The notes below the pieces were generated by a model. The model saw only the letters and a program-made list of their open reading frames with translations. It had not been told where the DNA came from and made no database searches. 64,000 nt of DNA from Mobula hypostoma (Eukaryota). Of the stretch, positions 49,653 through 62,544 are shown one piece after another (position 1 is the first letter of the stretch; each line of letters begins with the position of its first letter). Made by a program: the position numbers and the translations under genes. The DNA lies in NCBI RefSeq assembly GCF_963921235.1, contig NC_086098.1, positions 3,472,001-3,536,000 on the forward strand, given 5' to 3'.

Positions 49653-50755
49653 TCACCTTCTCTAGCTTGCTTATTCAAGTATGTGTCCAGATGGTTTTAG
49701 AAGCTGTAGGAGTAGCTGACTCTTTCACCTTCTCGGGAATATGGTTCCAAACACTCACAGGGTACAAAAAAGTCCTCAAATCCCTTCCAAACCCCTTTCT
49801 CCTCACATCCAATCTGTGCCCTCTGATTTTAGACACGTCCTTTATGGGGGATTGTTACTTCCATCCCTTCTATCCAGTTATAAGACCATAACACTGTAAG
49901 ATATAAGAACAGAATTAGGCCATTCGGCCCACTGAGTCTGTTCTGCCATTTCATCATGGCTGAATTATTATCCCTCTCAAACCCATTCTCCTGCCTTCTC
50001 CCTGTAACCTTTGTTACTCTGACTAATGAAGAACCGGTCAACCTCCATTTACATATACTCATTGACTTGGCCTCCGCAATCTTCAGTGGCAATGAATTCC
50101 ACAGACTCACCACTACCTGGCTAAAGAAATTCCTCCTCATCTCTGTTCTAAGTGGACATCCCTCTATTCTGAGGCTGTGCTTCTGGTTCTAGACTCCCCC
50201 AAGCAAGGAAAGATCCTCTCCACATCCACTCTATCTAGGCCTTTCAATTCCATCTTTCCCCCTTATGATTTTGTATCAGGCTCCTTCACTCCAAGGAAAT
50301 CAAGCATAACTTATCAGTCTCTGCTCATAACCAAAGAGTTCCAGCTTAGACAACAAACTGGTAAATCAGTTCTGCAGTTGCTATGATACAATCCCATCTA
50401 TCCTATTGAACAGCAGCCAGAATGTAGACAGTACTCTGGATCTGGCCCAAGAAGTCTTTCTGACTTTTGCCATGAATGCAATGTTCTTAAAGCCCAGGGT
50501 AATGAAGACCAGCATCTCCCATATCTTCTTATAGAGCACAGAAACAGGCTCCTTGGCCCATTTAGTCCATGCTGAACTGTTATTCTGCCCTGTCCCATCA
50601 ACCTGGGCCATGGCCCTCCACTCCTCCCCTTTACTTATCCAAATTCTCTAAAATTTTGCATTCAAACTCATATCCATTATTTCCACTGATTGCTCGCTCC
50701 ACACTCGTAGCATCCTTTGAGTGAAGAACTTCCTTCTTGTGTTCCTCTTAAACAT

Positions 50756-51493
50756 GAGGAAGACTCTTGGTAAGTGTGGAGGATCAGAGGGATCCTGGGG
50801 TCCGTGTCCATCGGACACTCAAATCTGCTGCGCAGTATGGCTCTGTGGTTAAGAAGGCATACAATGCATTGGCCTTCATCAATCATGGGATTGAGTTCAA
50901 GAGCAAAGAGGTAATGTTACAGCTATGTAGGACCATGGTCAGATCCCACTTGGAGTACTGTGCTCATTTCTTGTCACCTCACTCCAGAAAGGATGTGGAA
51001 ACCATAGAAAGGGTGCAGAGGAGATTTACAAGGATGTTGTCTGGATTGGGGAGCATGCCTTCTGAGAAAAGGTTGCGTGAACTCGGTCATTTCTCCTTGG
51101 AGCGACGGAGGATGAGAGGTGACCTGATAGAGGTGTATAAGATGATGAGAGGCATTGATCGTGAAGATAGTCAGAAGCTTTTTCCCAAGGCTGAAATGGC
51201 TAACACGAGAGGGCACAGTTTTAAGGTGCTTGGGAGTAGGTACAGAGGAGATGTCAGAGGTAAGTTTTTTACGTAGAGAGTGATGAGTGTGTGGAATGGG
51301 CCAGCGACTATGGTGAAGGCGGATATGATAGAGTCTTTTAAGAGACTCCTGGATAGGTACATGGAGCTTCGAAAAATATAGCACTATGGATAACCCTAGG
51401 TAATTTCTAAAGTAAGCACGTGTTCAGCACAGCACTGTGGGTCAAAGGGCCTGTATTGTGCTGTAGGTTTTCTATGCTCTCTATGTTTCTATA
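50756..51493 (+). mobile_element. CR1/HER1-like fragment inserted antisense into an older CR1 (about 50530-51645, minus strand)
   Basis: ORF 50767-51276; TSD TAAACAT at 50749-50755 and 51494-51500. Confidence 0.92.
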
Positions 51494-53169
51494 TAAACAT
51501 TTCACCTTTTACTCTTGTCCCATGACCTCCAGATCTCGTTTCAGTCAACCACAGCGGAAAGAAGACTGATTGCCTTTACCCTCTTGATACCCTTTCTAAT
51601 TTTGTATACCTGTATCAAATCTCCCCTCATTCTTATACACTCGAGTTGTCTACCATGTCAAGTCTCATGGTGAGATGATGCCCTCGTACAGCCTTTGAAT
51701 AAGCTCAGTTTGCACCCGTCTCTGGCAGAGGTCCCAAGCGGCAGATAATTGGACTAGGTCCAGTACACAAATTTTGTCTTTCCCTTGAGCTCTCCCTTCT
51801 CCCCTCTTCCATCGGGCAGAAGATTGAAAAGCCTGAAAGCAGGTACCACCAGGCTCAAGGACAGCTTCTATTGCACAGTCACCAGATGCTTGAACGGACT
51901 TCTGTGTAATAAGATGCACTGTTGACCTCACAATCTACCTCCTTATGATCCTGTACTTTATTGCCTACCTGTCTGCACTTTTTCTGTAGCTGTTACACTT
52001 TATTCTGCATTGTTGTTGTTTTACCTTGTTCTACATCAATGCATGGTGTAATTATCTGATCTGTATGAACAGTGTGTAAGAAAAGCTTTTGACTGTTTCT
52101 TGGTTCATATACCAATACCTAAACTGACAATGATAACATCATCAATTTCCAGGCTAATATGAAGTATACAATGTCACAAATCATATCAAGATGTCACAAT
52201 CAATAATTTTATTGATTTGGAGACACGGCATGAAATGGGCCCTTCCTGCCCTTTGAGCCACGCTGCCCAGCAACCCCCGATTTAACCCCAGCCTAACCAC
52301 CAGACAACTTACAATGACCAACCAGTACATCCTCGGACTCTGGAGGGAATTGGAGCACTCAGAGGAAACCCCCGTACATACAGGGATGAGAATAAACTCA
52401 CAATAAACTCAGGAGTACAACAAGCTGAAAGTAGTGAACAGTGCCAACAATCTGAAAAGTTCTTCATCCCAATCTCTGGATATGATTTTTATCTTCAAAA
52501 AATGTTCCCATAACATCTTTATTATTAGATAAAAAGCCCTTGTCAACAGACTTGTGTAAAGATCAAGGCTTCTGTAAACTGGGAAACGTTGTTCAATGAC
52601 CTCCTGATCTGAAGACTCTGGAGTTGCCACATTTATTCCCCTTCCAAAGCCTGTCCCCCTCACCTCTGTAGCAGTGCCTTCCCACGCACTGGCGTGCAGA
52701 AACAGCAACAGATGTCGTCTCCAAAATGTACTGGTGCATTTTTAATACTCTTGTAAAGTCACAACCTACAATAATAATTCCTTAAAGCAAGACTATCCAA
52801 ATTTCACAATATTTTTTTCTGATTAATGACAGAGCACCTAGTTAATAAACTACAAATACCCAAAGTTAATTTCCTTGGCAGCAAAGACTAAATTACGTTT
52901 TAAAGATGTGGACTGCAAAATGGACGGAAAAGGGGATAGGTTTAAGAGCGAGAATTTAGAATATTTTAAGTGTCTCCAGCAATAATTAACTTCTGAATGA
53001 GAATCCACACATAAAATTAAAATATTCAAGATAAAGATTAGTTTTATCTTTCACACGTACAAGCAACTGTGCTATTGATTTCCCATTTCTGAAATCCTGT
53101 CTAGCCTCAGTATTTAAAGATTAAAGAATAGTTTTATTTGTCACCTGTATGGCGTCAACATTGAATATC

Positions 53170-53612
53170 CAGACTTACTAACCCTAACCCAGATATGTTG
53201 GAATGTTGCAGGAAAGCTGAACGCCCAGAGAAAACTTGTGCATCTCTGGGAGAACATACAAACTGCTTACCCTCCAGTGGGATTCGAACCCCTATCAGTG
53301 ATGGCTGTCTCTGTAAAGCAATTGCACTAACAGCTACACTACAATACCACTGCATAAAGCAGAGCACTCAGAGAAAACTCACACATCTCTGGGAGAACAT
53401 ACAGACTGCTTATAGACAGCACCGGGATTCAAACCCACGTCAGTGATCGCCTTCTCTGAAAAGCAATTGCACTAACCGCGACATGCACAATATCACTACA
53501 TAAAGCAGAACAACCAGAGAAAATCACGCATCATGGCAAGAACAAGCAAGCTGCTTACAGGGGCCATTGGGATTCGAACCCCAATCAGTGACTGGTGGTG
53601 CCGTAATCGTGC
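53170..53612 (-). repeat. Tandem triplication (period about 143-146 bp) of a V-SINE 5' head
   Basis: CAGAGAAAA at 53226, 53369 and 53515; three B-box copies GGGATTC(G/A)AACCC. Confidence 0.8.
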
Positions 53613-53994
53613 TGTCTATTTAAGAGAGAGAGTTTAAGAATTTGAAGTGTCTCCAGCAACAGAAAAGTTCTGAATGATACTCCAAACATAAAACCAAAAT
53701 ATTTGCCAATGACTGTGAATTAAAAATTCCTGAATATCATATTTATGCCACATTTCTAACATTAATTAACAGGAAAGTACTGCGATTCTCTGCATTTAGA
53801 CGTTCTTCCAGATCAAGTCTCATGGCAAAGCAGTGTCCCAGTAGAGTTTGTGGAGAAGTTGAACGGCTCAGACACATTTCACTGTGTAGGTGTTGACTTG
53901 CTGTTCATTATATCTGAGAGTTCTAATAGTCTAAACGATACTATCAACACAAAACCTAGGCCACATACCATCACCACCTTGTCTATCTACAGTA

Positions 53995-54285
53995 AAAAGG
54001 CATCCATTAGTCTTGTGAGACCATGGATCTGCGCCGGGAAAGTCTTCACTCTCCAGGGCGCAGGCCTGGGCAAGTCTGTATGGAGGACCAGCAGATGCCC
54101 ATGCTGCAAGTCTCCCCCCTCCACGAAACCGATGTTGTCCAAGGGAAGGGCATTAGGACTCATACAGCAGTGTCATCACAGAGCAATGTGTGATTAAGTG
54201 CCTTGCTCAAGGACACATGTTGCCTCGGCTGGGGCTCGAACCCACAACCTTCAGGTTGCTAGTCCAATGCCTTGGCCATGTGCCT
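53995..54285 (-). mobile_element. tRNA-derived SINE with a CORE-like domain
   Basis: Minus strand: GGTTCGAGCCC B box followed by TGTGTCCTTGAGCAAGGCACTTAA. Confidence 0.7.
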
Positions 54286-54949
54286 ACCTATAGCACATCA
54301 CCATATATAGGGACTGTGTACTTCTAAACCACAGGTTTTTCTGCTCTACAGCACACCCCAGGGTTCTGCCATTCCCTCTGCATGTCCTGCCCTAACGTAA
54401 CTTCCCAAAAGGCATCGTTTTGTATTAACTGAGTTAAATTCCATCTGCCAGTGCTTTGCCCACTTTACTTGTAGATCTAAATCTGTTGTAATCTCGGACA
54501 ATTTTCTTCAATTTCCACATCACCATATTTGGCGAAATCCACAAACATACTAAACACACCCGGGCATTCTCATCAGATCCCTCATGAACCCTATCAGATT
54601 CAGATCGATCGTGGGAATGGGGAGCGTGGGTGTGTGTCCGATTGCTCACACAAACCCAGCATTCTTATCAGATCCCTCATGAACCGTATCAGATTCAGAT
54701 CGATCGTGGGAACGTGGAGCTTGTGCCCTATTGCTCATACGGTAGATCAACTGAGCCTTCCACATGTGGACAGCTCTCTCTGTTCCACGTGGGCTTTTGA
54801 GTCTCGGTGGGCCCAGTTCATCGCTCCCACACTGTGAGCGGTCCAGGGTGTACCATCACAAACATAACTCAGCAACAACATTCTTCCTCTGCGCGTACAT
54901 AACAAATAATACAGATTTAATTTTTTCTATCTTCTGATATGACTGAGCA

Positions 54950-55603
54950 GAGGGAGGAGAAGATGGCGGTGCGATGCAGCGCGCGCGGCCGTTCCGAATT
55001 GATATCGATATGTGTTAACTAGGGGGCCGTGCACAATCCGGATTTGATGGAGACAGCCGTGAGAAGCACGGAGGAACACCTGGAGAAACTTCTGAAATGC
55101 CCGGTTCGCTGCCCCAGCTACTGTGCGATTGAGAATCTCCGGAGGGGAAGGCCCCAAATTCTCGGCTTTGCTTATTGCCTGTTGCCGGGGCCGGGGTTGA
55201 AGCGCTCGGCAGAGATGGTGCTCAGTGCTCGGTGTCGGAGAGCTGGTCGGAGGCTCGGAGTTTTTGGACGAACTCGGAGTCGGACTGTTGTCGGATGCTT
55301 CCAAGATGCTGCATCGGCAAGTTGGCGGCGCTGGCGGTTCACCGTCTGCGTGAGATGATGGGACTTTCGAGAGACTTTGAGACTTTTACTATGCCATGGT
55401 CTGTTCTTATCAAATTACGGTATTGCTTTGCACTGTTGTAACTATATGTTATAATTATGTGGTTTTTGTCAGTTTTTTAAGTCAGTTTGTCATGTGTTTC
55501 TGTGATATCATTCTGGAAAAACATTGTATCATTTCTTAATGCATGCATTACTAAATGACAATAAAAGAGGACTGCGTGTCCTCATAATCTAATCTAATCT
55601 AAT
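54950..55603 (+). mobile_element. Apparently full-length, CpG-rich non-autonomous retroelement with (AATCT)n tail
   Basis: 5' GGAGAAGATGGCGG, dense CpG, T-rich 3' part with AATAAA; second copy at 6205-6594. Confidence 0.75.
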
Positions 55604-56629
55604 TTACTCTCTTTTTATAACCGTACACCACTAAAGCTGGTCTTTCCTTCAACATCACCACGCAGATCCAATCCATGGGTAGTACCAGAACAATTTTGTC
55701 CAAGCTCAACAAGAGCAAAATGAGAACAGTTGACCTCTTGTGCCAAGACCCTTCAGCAGGTCAGAAAAGAAAGGCGTGGAAAGAGAGAAGGTGGTTCCGG
55801 CCTTTCAAAGCACGCTACTCTCAATTTAATCCTAGCCTAATCACTCGACAATTTAGAATGACCAATTAACCTGCCAAATAGTCGGTCTTTGGACTGTGGG
55901 AGGAAACCGGGGCACGCGGAGGAAACCCATGTGGTCACGGGGAGATCTTACAAACTGCTTACAGGCAGCAGCAGGAACTGAACCAGTGTCACGTCACTGG
56001 TACTGGAAAGCGTCGTGCTGCCCCGGTCATTTCCCTTGCAGTGTCTGGTCTCATAAGTATACTGATTTGATGCATAACTCTTGGATAAAGGCTCGTGTAC
56101 ACAGTTACTTAGCAATAAATCAAATTGCAACTGTGTACAAGACCCTGTATCCAAGGCTGATAAACAGCCAAACACCCCAAATAAATGCAAATCTGAGAGC
56201 TCACTCTCACCTTTGACAGGAGTAAAACCTGAGACAATTACTTTTTATCAGGTAACATTCAGCGGGGTGTGACAATCACAATATCATTAATGCAGTACTC
56301 GAAAGATTAAAGATAAGTTTATTTGTCTCATGCACACTGAAATATCAGAAAGTACTGTGAAATGCATTGTTTCGCATCAACGCCTCACAGCCTGAGAAAT
56401 CTGCTGATGGAAGCACACAAGTGTCGCTACGTTTCCGGTGCCGAAATAGCAAGCTCAGAATTTACTAACCCTAACCCGTGTGTCCTTGGAATGTGGGGTG
56501 AAACTGGAAACACAAGGGGAACATACAAACTTTTTACAGACAGTAGCAGATATTGAACCCCGAACTTCTAATCGCTGTTAATATAAAACGTTACGCTTCC
56601 TGCTGCACTACCGTGCCATACTCTGCAAG

Positions 56630-57085
56630 TTGCAATACTTTTGGAGCAGCAACACCTTATATTCCATCTGTGCACCTTCCAATCCAATGGCATGAAGATC
56701 AATTTCTTCTTCCGGTAAACAAATCCCACCCTTCCTTTCCTCTATTCCCAATTCTGACCTTTTACTTCCTCTCATCTGCCTATTACTTCCCCATGGGTCA
56801 CCTCCTCCTTTGCTTTCTGTTATGGTCCATTCTCCTCTCCTATCAGATTCTTTCTTCTCCAGCTCTTGACCTTTATTAACCACCTGAATTCACCTATCAC
56901 CTTCCAGCTAGCCTCCTTCCCCTCCCCCCCACATCTTCCCCCTTCCTTCTCAGTCCTGATGAAGGGTCTTGGCCCAAAACGTCAGCTGTTTACTCTTTTC
57001 CATAGACGCTGCTTGACCTGCTGAGTTCTTCCAGCATTTTGTGTGTGTTGCTCTGGATTTCCAACATTTACAGACTTCCTTGTTT
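56630..57085 (+). mobile_element. Penelope 3' end with hammerhead motif (56951-56988; G12>A)
   Basis: Degenerate LEQQHLIF C-terminus; CAGTC-CTGATGA-AGGGTCTTGGCCC-AAAACGTC-AGCTG. Confidence 0.82.
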
Positions 57086-59679
57086 GGTGATGAGACTGTA
57101 AATTTTCACTTTAGATTATTTAGACTACACCACAAGACCGTAAAACATGAACCCTACCTCACTTTTCTTTGCTGTTTTTGAACTATTTTCTCAGAAACTG
57201 CTCAACAGACTGAGATACTTCTGAGATAATATATTACTTATTATAATTTATAGTATATTTTTACTGTATTGCTGCAACAAGTCAACACGTATCATGAATA
57301 TGATAACAAATCTGATTCAAAATAGGCCATTCAGCCCATTGAGTCTGCTCCACCATTGCATCATGGCTGATTTATTATCCCTCTCAGCCCCATTCTTCTG
57401 CCTTTTCCCCATAGCCTTAGAGGCCCTGACTAATCGAGAACCTATCAACCTCCACTTTAAATATACCCAGTAACTTGGCCCTCAGCCATCTGCGGCAACG
57501 AATCCCACAGATTCATCCCCCTCTGGCTAAAGAAGGCGTAAATGCAAATAATTATTCTGATTGTGATGGTGCAAGTTTAAAGCTGCTGAGTAGTAGATCA
57601 TTATTTTCATAAATTTAGTATAATATTTGGTGCAGTGTGGCACATGAACAATGTTCACGCGTATTAGTTATAATTTTCTTTATAAAGACTGTACTGCCTG
57701 TTAGTACAAGACAAATATGACATCTCAAACTTCTATTAAAACATTGTTAAACAGAAATCATTGCTGCTTCTCTGAGTAATTGGCCTTATCTAGTTCCTGT
57801 AAAGATTTGCTCCAAATATTCCTGTTAAATACCATCATTTTGCAGGAACCCATGCAATGTCATTTGCACACTCAATTCTAATTTAATTTAAATTTTGAAC
57901 GAGTGAAAATAGAAAATAAAAAGTCTGCAGCAGATGGCATTGCAATATCACAATGTCACTGCATCACCCATCACGTTATCGGGCTCCACTCCATTTGTAA
58001 ATCTGATAATGTGCGTCTGGAAAAAGCCTTTTCCCCAGATGACAATGCCCATTTCATGGCTGGGGTGCGTAATTAGGGTGAAAAATAATGACAGATGTGC
58101 TTCAGATGTGCCGAACGTCAGGTCTGAAGCAATAAAGCAAAGGAGTGACAAGTTACGAAAAATAAACCAACATTTACTGCAGTACTGTCCACAATTATTA
58201 CAAGCGCCTCATCCTCCATCACCCAGGACGTGCCCTCTTCTCATTGCTACCTTTATGGAGGAGGTACAGGAGCCTGAAGACACACACTCAACATTTCAGC
58301 CCCTCCGCTATCAGATTTCTGAATGGACAATGAACCTATGAATCCTACTTCACAAATGTTTCCCTCTCTCTCTCTGCATTATTTAACTAATTTAAATTTT
58401 TAATACCTCTTATAGTAATCTATAACTTTAAAAAAATTATGCATTGCAATGTACTGCTGCCACAAAACAATTTGAAGACAGACACATGCCAGTGATATTA
58501 AACCTTATTCTGATTCTGATCTGTCTCCGTGTATTTAAACTTCCTTTCAATGCAATAATTGATTACTTCCTTCGTTTGCGAAAACATCAAGTACCGGATG
58601 TAATATCTTCAAAGCAATGGAAGGCATTGTGTTTTGAAACATCTTTTTATATCATTATAAAACATGTTATGAGGGTTGAGGAGGGATGATTACCTGTCTT
58701 GCATATTTTCCCAGTAATTATACCCCAGACATTGCCTCCTCCTCAAATGGAGGACACGCTACCTCTCAACGTGAGGTCCTTCCTTGTAATCTTTCCCAGT
58801 AGCAGTCTATTCATACATGACTGACACCCGCTTGATTCTCTATGCAGATCACATCTCAGCCCACGGGGAAGCAGTGACAGGGTCACTCCAGCACAGCATG
58901 GAGCGAGAGAGCAAAGAAACGGGGGAGTGCTCAGCTGGCATAAGACCATGAGTCTCAAAGTACCATAAAAAATCATGCTCCACGCTAAATGAAATTGGTT
59001 TACTGTTACCTTAGCTAGATATACATCATGAAAAATAGTGTGTGCATTATTCAATGGCTCAAATGCTTCTGTCTCCAATTAAATGCTTTAATTCTGTCAG
59101 TGATTGTATTTTCACATGTGAAGCACTAGTAGCGTGAGCTGTTTACTTTTTGACTTGTGTCGAAAATGAACCTTATTATTTGTTAAGTTATGTGTGCAAG
59201 ATCACCTTTGTGTTTTGAGTGCGTGAATTAAATGCACTTTAGTCTGGAGGAACATTGTTTCATTTGGGAGTATACATGTGTGCGGGTTGAATGACAATAA
59301 ATATGAATTTGAACAAAATGCTACATTATCATGCCGCCCCATCTTACTGTAAATCATGAACTTCCAAGCCAGTGTAGGCACTTAATCAGAAAGCTAGCCT
59401 GTTTTTGGAGATGTGGGAGGAAACGGGAGCGCCCGGGGGAGTACAGGCAGTCACAGGGAGAGTGGGCCAACCCTGCGCAATCAACACCAGAAGTTAAAAT
59501 CAGGTCACTGCAGATGAGAGGCAGCCTCATTAGCACCCGTGCTACTGTCCTGCCCCCAGTGGTGTCTGAGAAGTAAAAGACATTGATTCCTACTGATTCC
59601 TTTCACAAGAGCAGTGTATCATAGGATGCAAAATAACAACTCCTCTACCATCAACAACTCTGCAGATAGCACCATTTCA

Positions 59680-60320
59680 ATCGTTATTTCACAGGACCTC
59701 ATGGGAGAAGCATATCTCCTTCATTAACAAAAAGACTCAGCAAAAGATGTACTTCTTGCAGCAGCTGGTAAAATTCCATCTTTCCCAGAACATCCTGGTG
59801 GAGTTCTATACCGCCATCATAGAGAGTATCCTCACCCCATACTGTCTGATTTGGTGCAGCATCTTCTCACAGTGTACGAAAACCACAGTGAACTGTCAGG
59901 TCAGCAGAAAAGGTCAGAGTCTGCAGTCGGCCATCACCGCTGGACTTGGATGTGTCCAGAACAAAGAAATGGGCTGAAAAGTCACTGTGGACACTACCCA
60001 CCCTGCAAACTGCCATTTCCAAAAGCTCCCTTCTGGATAGCACTATAGGGCTACTAAAACAAAAACTTCACGCCATCTTAAAAGTTTCTTCCCCCAGGCA
60101 GTTAATCTGACCAACCATTCTAGTTAGACCCCCACAACCCCCCTCTATCTATTAGCCCATCGCTGCACTGTAAATATGTTAAAACGCTACTTATAATACT
60201 GTTTACACTATAAATACATGCTGTCATTTATGTGTTTATGTACATTTTAATCCATGTCCGGACTTCTACATTTTTTTTGAAAATCTAATTCTCTACTCTT
60301 TATAACTTTTGTATGCTAAA
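59680..60320 (+). mobile_element. Divergent Rex1-like LINE 3' fragment
   Basis: KKTQQKMYFLQQL.KF.L...LVEFYTAIIESILT. Confidence 0.75.
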
Positions 60321-60524
60321 CACAAGAAATACTGCAGATGCTGAAAATCTAAAGCAAAACACATGAAGTGCTGGAGAAAGTCTGCAGGTCAAGCAGCGTC
60401 TGTGGAGAGGAGTAAACAGTTCCAGGCCGAGACGCTTCATCAGCACTTCTTGTTGAATGCTGTTTTTTATTGCATGTGCGTCCTGACCAACATATCACAG
60501 CAAGTTCATAATAATGTCAACGTA

Positions 60525-61102
60525 CATTCAGTGGCCACTTTATTAGGTACACCTGTACACTTGCTCGTTAAAACAAAATAATTAATCTACCAGTCATGTG
60601 GCAGCAACTCAATGCATAAAAGCATGCAGACATGGTCAAGAGTTTCAGTTGTTATTCAGACGAGATGTCAGAATGGGGAAGAAATGTGATCTAAGTGACT
60701 TTGACTGTGGAGTGATTGTTGGTGCCAGACGAGGTGGCTTGAGTATATCAGAAACTGCTGATCTCCTAGGATTTTCACAGACAGCCATCTCTAGAGATTA
60801 CAGAGAATGGTCCAAAAAACAAAAAAAATCCAGTGAGCAGCAGTTCTGTGTGCAAGAACACATTATTAATGAGAGTGGTCAGAGGAGAATGGCCAGATTG
60901 ATTCAAGCTAACAGGAAACAACAGTAACTGAAATAACCATCCATTACAACAGTGGTGTGCAGAAGAGCATCTCTGAATGCACAATAACAAGTTGATAGTT
61001 GAACTGGATGGGTTACAGCAGCAGAAGACCATAAAGATACACTCGTGGCCACTTTATTAGGTACAGAAGGTTCAATGGCCCCTATTAAGTAGCCACTGAG
61101 TA
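60525..61102 (+). mobile_element. Non-autonomous Tc1-like transposon retaining the N-terminal HTH region (ORF 60598-60927)
   Basis: TIR CATTCAGTGGCCACTTTATTAGGTACA / CCTATTAAGTAGCCACTGAGT, TA flanks; MGKKCDLSDFDCGVIVGARRGGLSISETADLLGFS. Confidence 0.9.
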
Positions 61103-62544
61103 TATATGACCAATGGACTTGAACAGAAAATCCTACAAAAAGCAGTGGACACAGTTCAGTCCATCACAGGAAAAGCCCTCCCCACTATTGAGCACATCTA
61201 TACAGAGCGTTGCCCAGGAAGGCAGCATCCACCATCAGGGACTGACACCTCCCAGGTCAGACTCTCTTCTCACTGCTGCCATCAGGAAGAAGGTACAGGA
61301 GCCTCCAGGCCCACACCACAAGATCAGGAACAATTACTACCCCTGCTGAATCAGAGGGGATAACTTCACTCAACCTCACTCATCTATCACTAAACTGTTC
61401 CCACAACCAATGGGCTCACTTTTAAGGACCGCCATTTCATGTTCTCGATATGTACTGCTTAATTATTTATTGCTACTTCCTTTTTTTCCCTTTTGTTCTT
61501 GCACAGTTTGTTGTCTTTTGCATGTTGGTTGTCTACCCTGTTGGTGAGGTTTTACATTGATTCTATTATGATTATTGGATTTATTGGGCATGCCTGCAAG
61601 AAGATGAATCTTCAGGTTTGTATGTGGTGACATGTATGTACATTAATAAAAAAGTCATTTCTGGTAGGAAAAACTATTTTGTTACAGCGAGCCAAATCAA
61701 CCAACACGTACTGGTCAGATAACAACCAATCCCAGGCTGACTTTCACTTATTGGTCATTGTTCCCATCAACATTTTGAATATCCTCAGGTAATTTTTTGT
61801 GCTTTGGGATGTACAGTTGAGGTTTGAGATTCTTATAGTTCCACGGTTTTACTGAATACAGGTTAATTTCACCTTTCATTTTGGTCTGTCTCCTGGCTTC
61901 GAGTCTCTTCAGTAGTTATAGAATCAGAATCAGGTTTAACATCACTGGCATATGTCGTGAAATTTGTTGTTCTGCAGGAACAGTATATTGCAATACATAA
62001 TAATAATAGTCAATTACAGTAAGAAGTGTATATATACTAGAGGTTATAAAGAAGGCACAACAGTAGCTGTATTTCATTAGGAGTTTGAGGAGGTTTGTTT
62101 TGTCACCTGAAATACTCGAAAACTTCAACAGGTATATCATGGAGAATATTCCAACTGGCTGCATTACTGTCTGATATGGGGGAAGCTACAGCACAAGGTC
62201 AAAGTAAGTTGCAGAAAATTGTAAATATTAGTCAGCTTCATCATGGGTACTGGCTTCTGAAACATCTGCAAGGAGTGGTGCCTCATTAAATCCTCCCACC
62301 ACCCTGGACATGCCCTCTTCTCATTGAAAGAGGTACAGAAGCCTGAAGAGACACACTCGGTGTTTCAGAATCAGCATCTTCCCTTCTGAGATCTGACTTC
62401 TAAATGGACGTTGCACCCATGAACACTTCCTCACTACTTTTTTTGAACTGCTTGCTTTAACTGAACGATTTAATATACATAAACTACATATAGTTACCAC
62501 TGTCACAGAACAACAATTTCACATCATATGCCAGTGACATTATC

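Noticed and set aside
52663..52688. Possible 25-nt minus-strand microexon (and a 34-nt one near 44385-44418)
   Set aside because: Splice-like words at this spacing arise often by chance; unsupported without RNA data
55029..55441. Overlapping 88-125 aa ORFs in GC-rich sequence
   Set aside because: They lie inside a repeated element; openness is explained by GC content; no recognisable domain
58848..58951. Possible + strand terminal exon (ttctctatgcag|AT CAC...CCA TGA)
   Set aside because: No upstream partner exon or recognisable peptide; compatible with chance
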